DNA of 64,000 nucleotides from Rhina ancylostomus (Eukaryota), in assembly GCA_030265395.1 (NCBI GenBank), contig JARFYF010000052.1, positions 105,983,529 to 106,047,528 on the forward strand, in the 5' to 3' direction. The position numbers and the translations under genes were made by a program. This document shows, in pieces, positions 62,126-64,000 of this stretch. Under the pieces are notes generated by a model. The model saw only the letters and a program-made list of their open reading frames with translations. It ran no database searches and was not told the origin of the DNA. Each line of letters opens with the position of its first letter. Position 1 is the first letter of the stretch.

Positions 62126-64000
62126 TGCGACCCTAAACCATCTAGTCAGGGTAAGTATCCACCTCACATCCAGTATATCTAGCCCAGTCAGAATTTAGAT
62201 GTTTCAATAAAATCCCCTCTCATTCTTTTAAACTCTAGTGAATGAATTCCCTCATATGTCAGCCCAACCGACTCAGGAATCATTTTCACTCATTCTATGG
62301 CAAGTATCAGAACTACACACAACACTCCAGGTATGGTCTCACCAAGGCACCACCAAGAGAGAAACACGTACAGATGTTGTTGACTTCAAGGAACGCAGGT
62401 TGATTTNNNNNNNNNNNNNNNNNNNNNNNNNNNNNNNNNNNNNNNNNNNNNNNNNNNNNNNNNNNNNNNNNNNNNNNNNNNNNNNNNNNNNNNNNNNNNN
62501 NNNNNNAATATCTACAGATTTATGTTTGTGTTTGTCATTTCAGTGGGAATGGGAATAGGTGACGGCAGTATCTCGGAGCATGATGGATAGCTGCAGGATA
62601 GGGAGTACAGATCCAAGGCTTGAACCTCAGGAAACGACCTTGGGGAGAAAATAAAGATCTTTATACATCTTTTGAAATGGACCCAAGGGCGAAATTCCCA
62701 GACAATTTTTTGATGCTGAGTTGAACCATCTCTCAGCCTTCTGATGACATTTGTTAGGCACCTTACATTACAGGACTTGGTGAATGGACCAGATGACTAG
62801 TTCTACCCTGCTCTGGATTTTTTATAGAATGCTCCAACCACCAATATAAGTTTATTTTGCTTTGCAATGTTTTTTTTTTGTCCCCAGAACAAAGTTGCTT
62901 GTGCAGCCAGGAGGTGCAGGTGTACTCCCTGCATCAACGTCCTCCCCCACTCATCGCCCAATTCCATTGCGTTGGCGATCAGCTCCTCCAGGCCTGATTC
63001 TGGGACATGCCTTAGGAATGTTGGTGATGTTATGGGACAGCTATTTATCTGTTTAAAGTGAATGAGGTCCTTATAGCAACTCCTGCATATCAACTAAACT
63101 CAGCCCAATTTTACAATTAGAAATTATTGGTCTTGGCTTATTTTAAGACTTTTTTGATTTACTAGTTAAACTTAGTTGAAGTTCATTTTAGAATGTTGTG
63201 GTACCCAACTTATCCCTACCCTACAGAGCACTGATTTGTCCTAATGTTCTTGTCTTCCAGTGTGAACACTCACAGGTTAGCTTCTTCTCGCATATTAACT
63301 CTGTTGGAAGCTGTGGTAATCTTTTGATGGTTCCAATCACACTTTTGTTCCAAGGATCACACCCCTAAGGACTAAGCAAAGTACCAGTGAATGTAATATT
63401 GATTGTGTATGATAATTATTGCTTTAAAATATTGTGTCATAGGTGCTCTCTGGGCTGCAACAATATGCATAGGAAGTTCCAGAAGGAGTCGGTGAGAAGT
63501 CCTTGATTAAACTGCTTACCCCTTGTTCAAAGTCTCATGTCTCACAAGTATCACTTTGTAGACTTTGCAATCGACTGCATTAGAAGTTGAGAAGTCACTG
63601 ACTTTACACCCATTTTGGACATAATCAATGCATGGACAAAATTGTGTCAAAAAAGGACTTCAGTCCCACCCAGGTTTATAGAGGGAGCAGTTGCCATCGA
63701 TTGTAATTCCACAGTCTGAATGTTGCAGATGCATCTGTCAACAATCATATTGGTAGAAGTGTCTACTGTACAACCTTTCTCAAGTCCAAGTCATATTCTT
63801 ACACTGAAATCACCTATTGCAAGGCACCATCATTGTGCTGAATGGCATCAATACAGAATGTATCCAGCAAGTCAAAACTGGACATCCATGAGGGCCATCA
63901 GCAGCAGGAAAGTCACACACTACCAACACTGAGTAACCATGTGTTCTGATATATCTATCACTCAGCCTTGATCTGATAGGAAGGATGTGCTCAAGCTGGA

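Noticed and set aside
1-64000. Prokaryote-type novel system (operon, defence island, retron, CRISPR) or endogenous virus
   Set aside because: There are no long intact ORFs or operon structure. All RT and endonuclease motifs are explained by decayed Penelope, CR1, L2, RTE and Rex1 elements.

Overview
This is vertebrate genomic DNA, not prokaryotic. The repeat families (HE1/V-SINE-like SINEs, CR1 LINEs, Penelope-like elements, Rex1-type LINEs) point to a cartilaginous fish, probably a ray or shark; this is inference. The N runs mostly fall inside repeats and look like hard-masking. One host gene is well supported, on the minus strand: a 43-nt first coding segment (25500-25458) splices in phase 1 to a 489-nt Ser/Thr/Asn-rich exon (11710-11222). 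Together they encode a signal peptide and a mucin-like ectodomain (MAYFAVSYKLLIIG/GLLAVVTDSEVTVTYQVSN...VEKFF). The architecture resembles PARM1, but I could not confidently find the transmembrane or cytoplasmic exons in the window. The rest is intron or intergenic DNA full of decayed retroelements and a few MITEs. The most interesting non-genic signals are hammerhead-ribozyme-like cores in the Penelope terminal repeats and in Penelope-derived foldback elements, SINEs sharing one head but carrying different LINE tails, and orphan exon-like segments upstream of the gene. I found no evidence for a novel multi-gene system. Repeat boundaries are read by eye and approximate (tens of bp).
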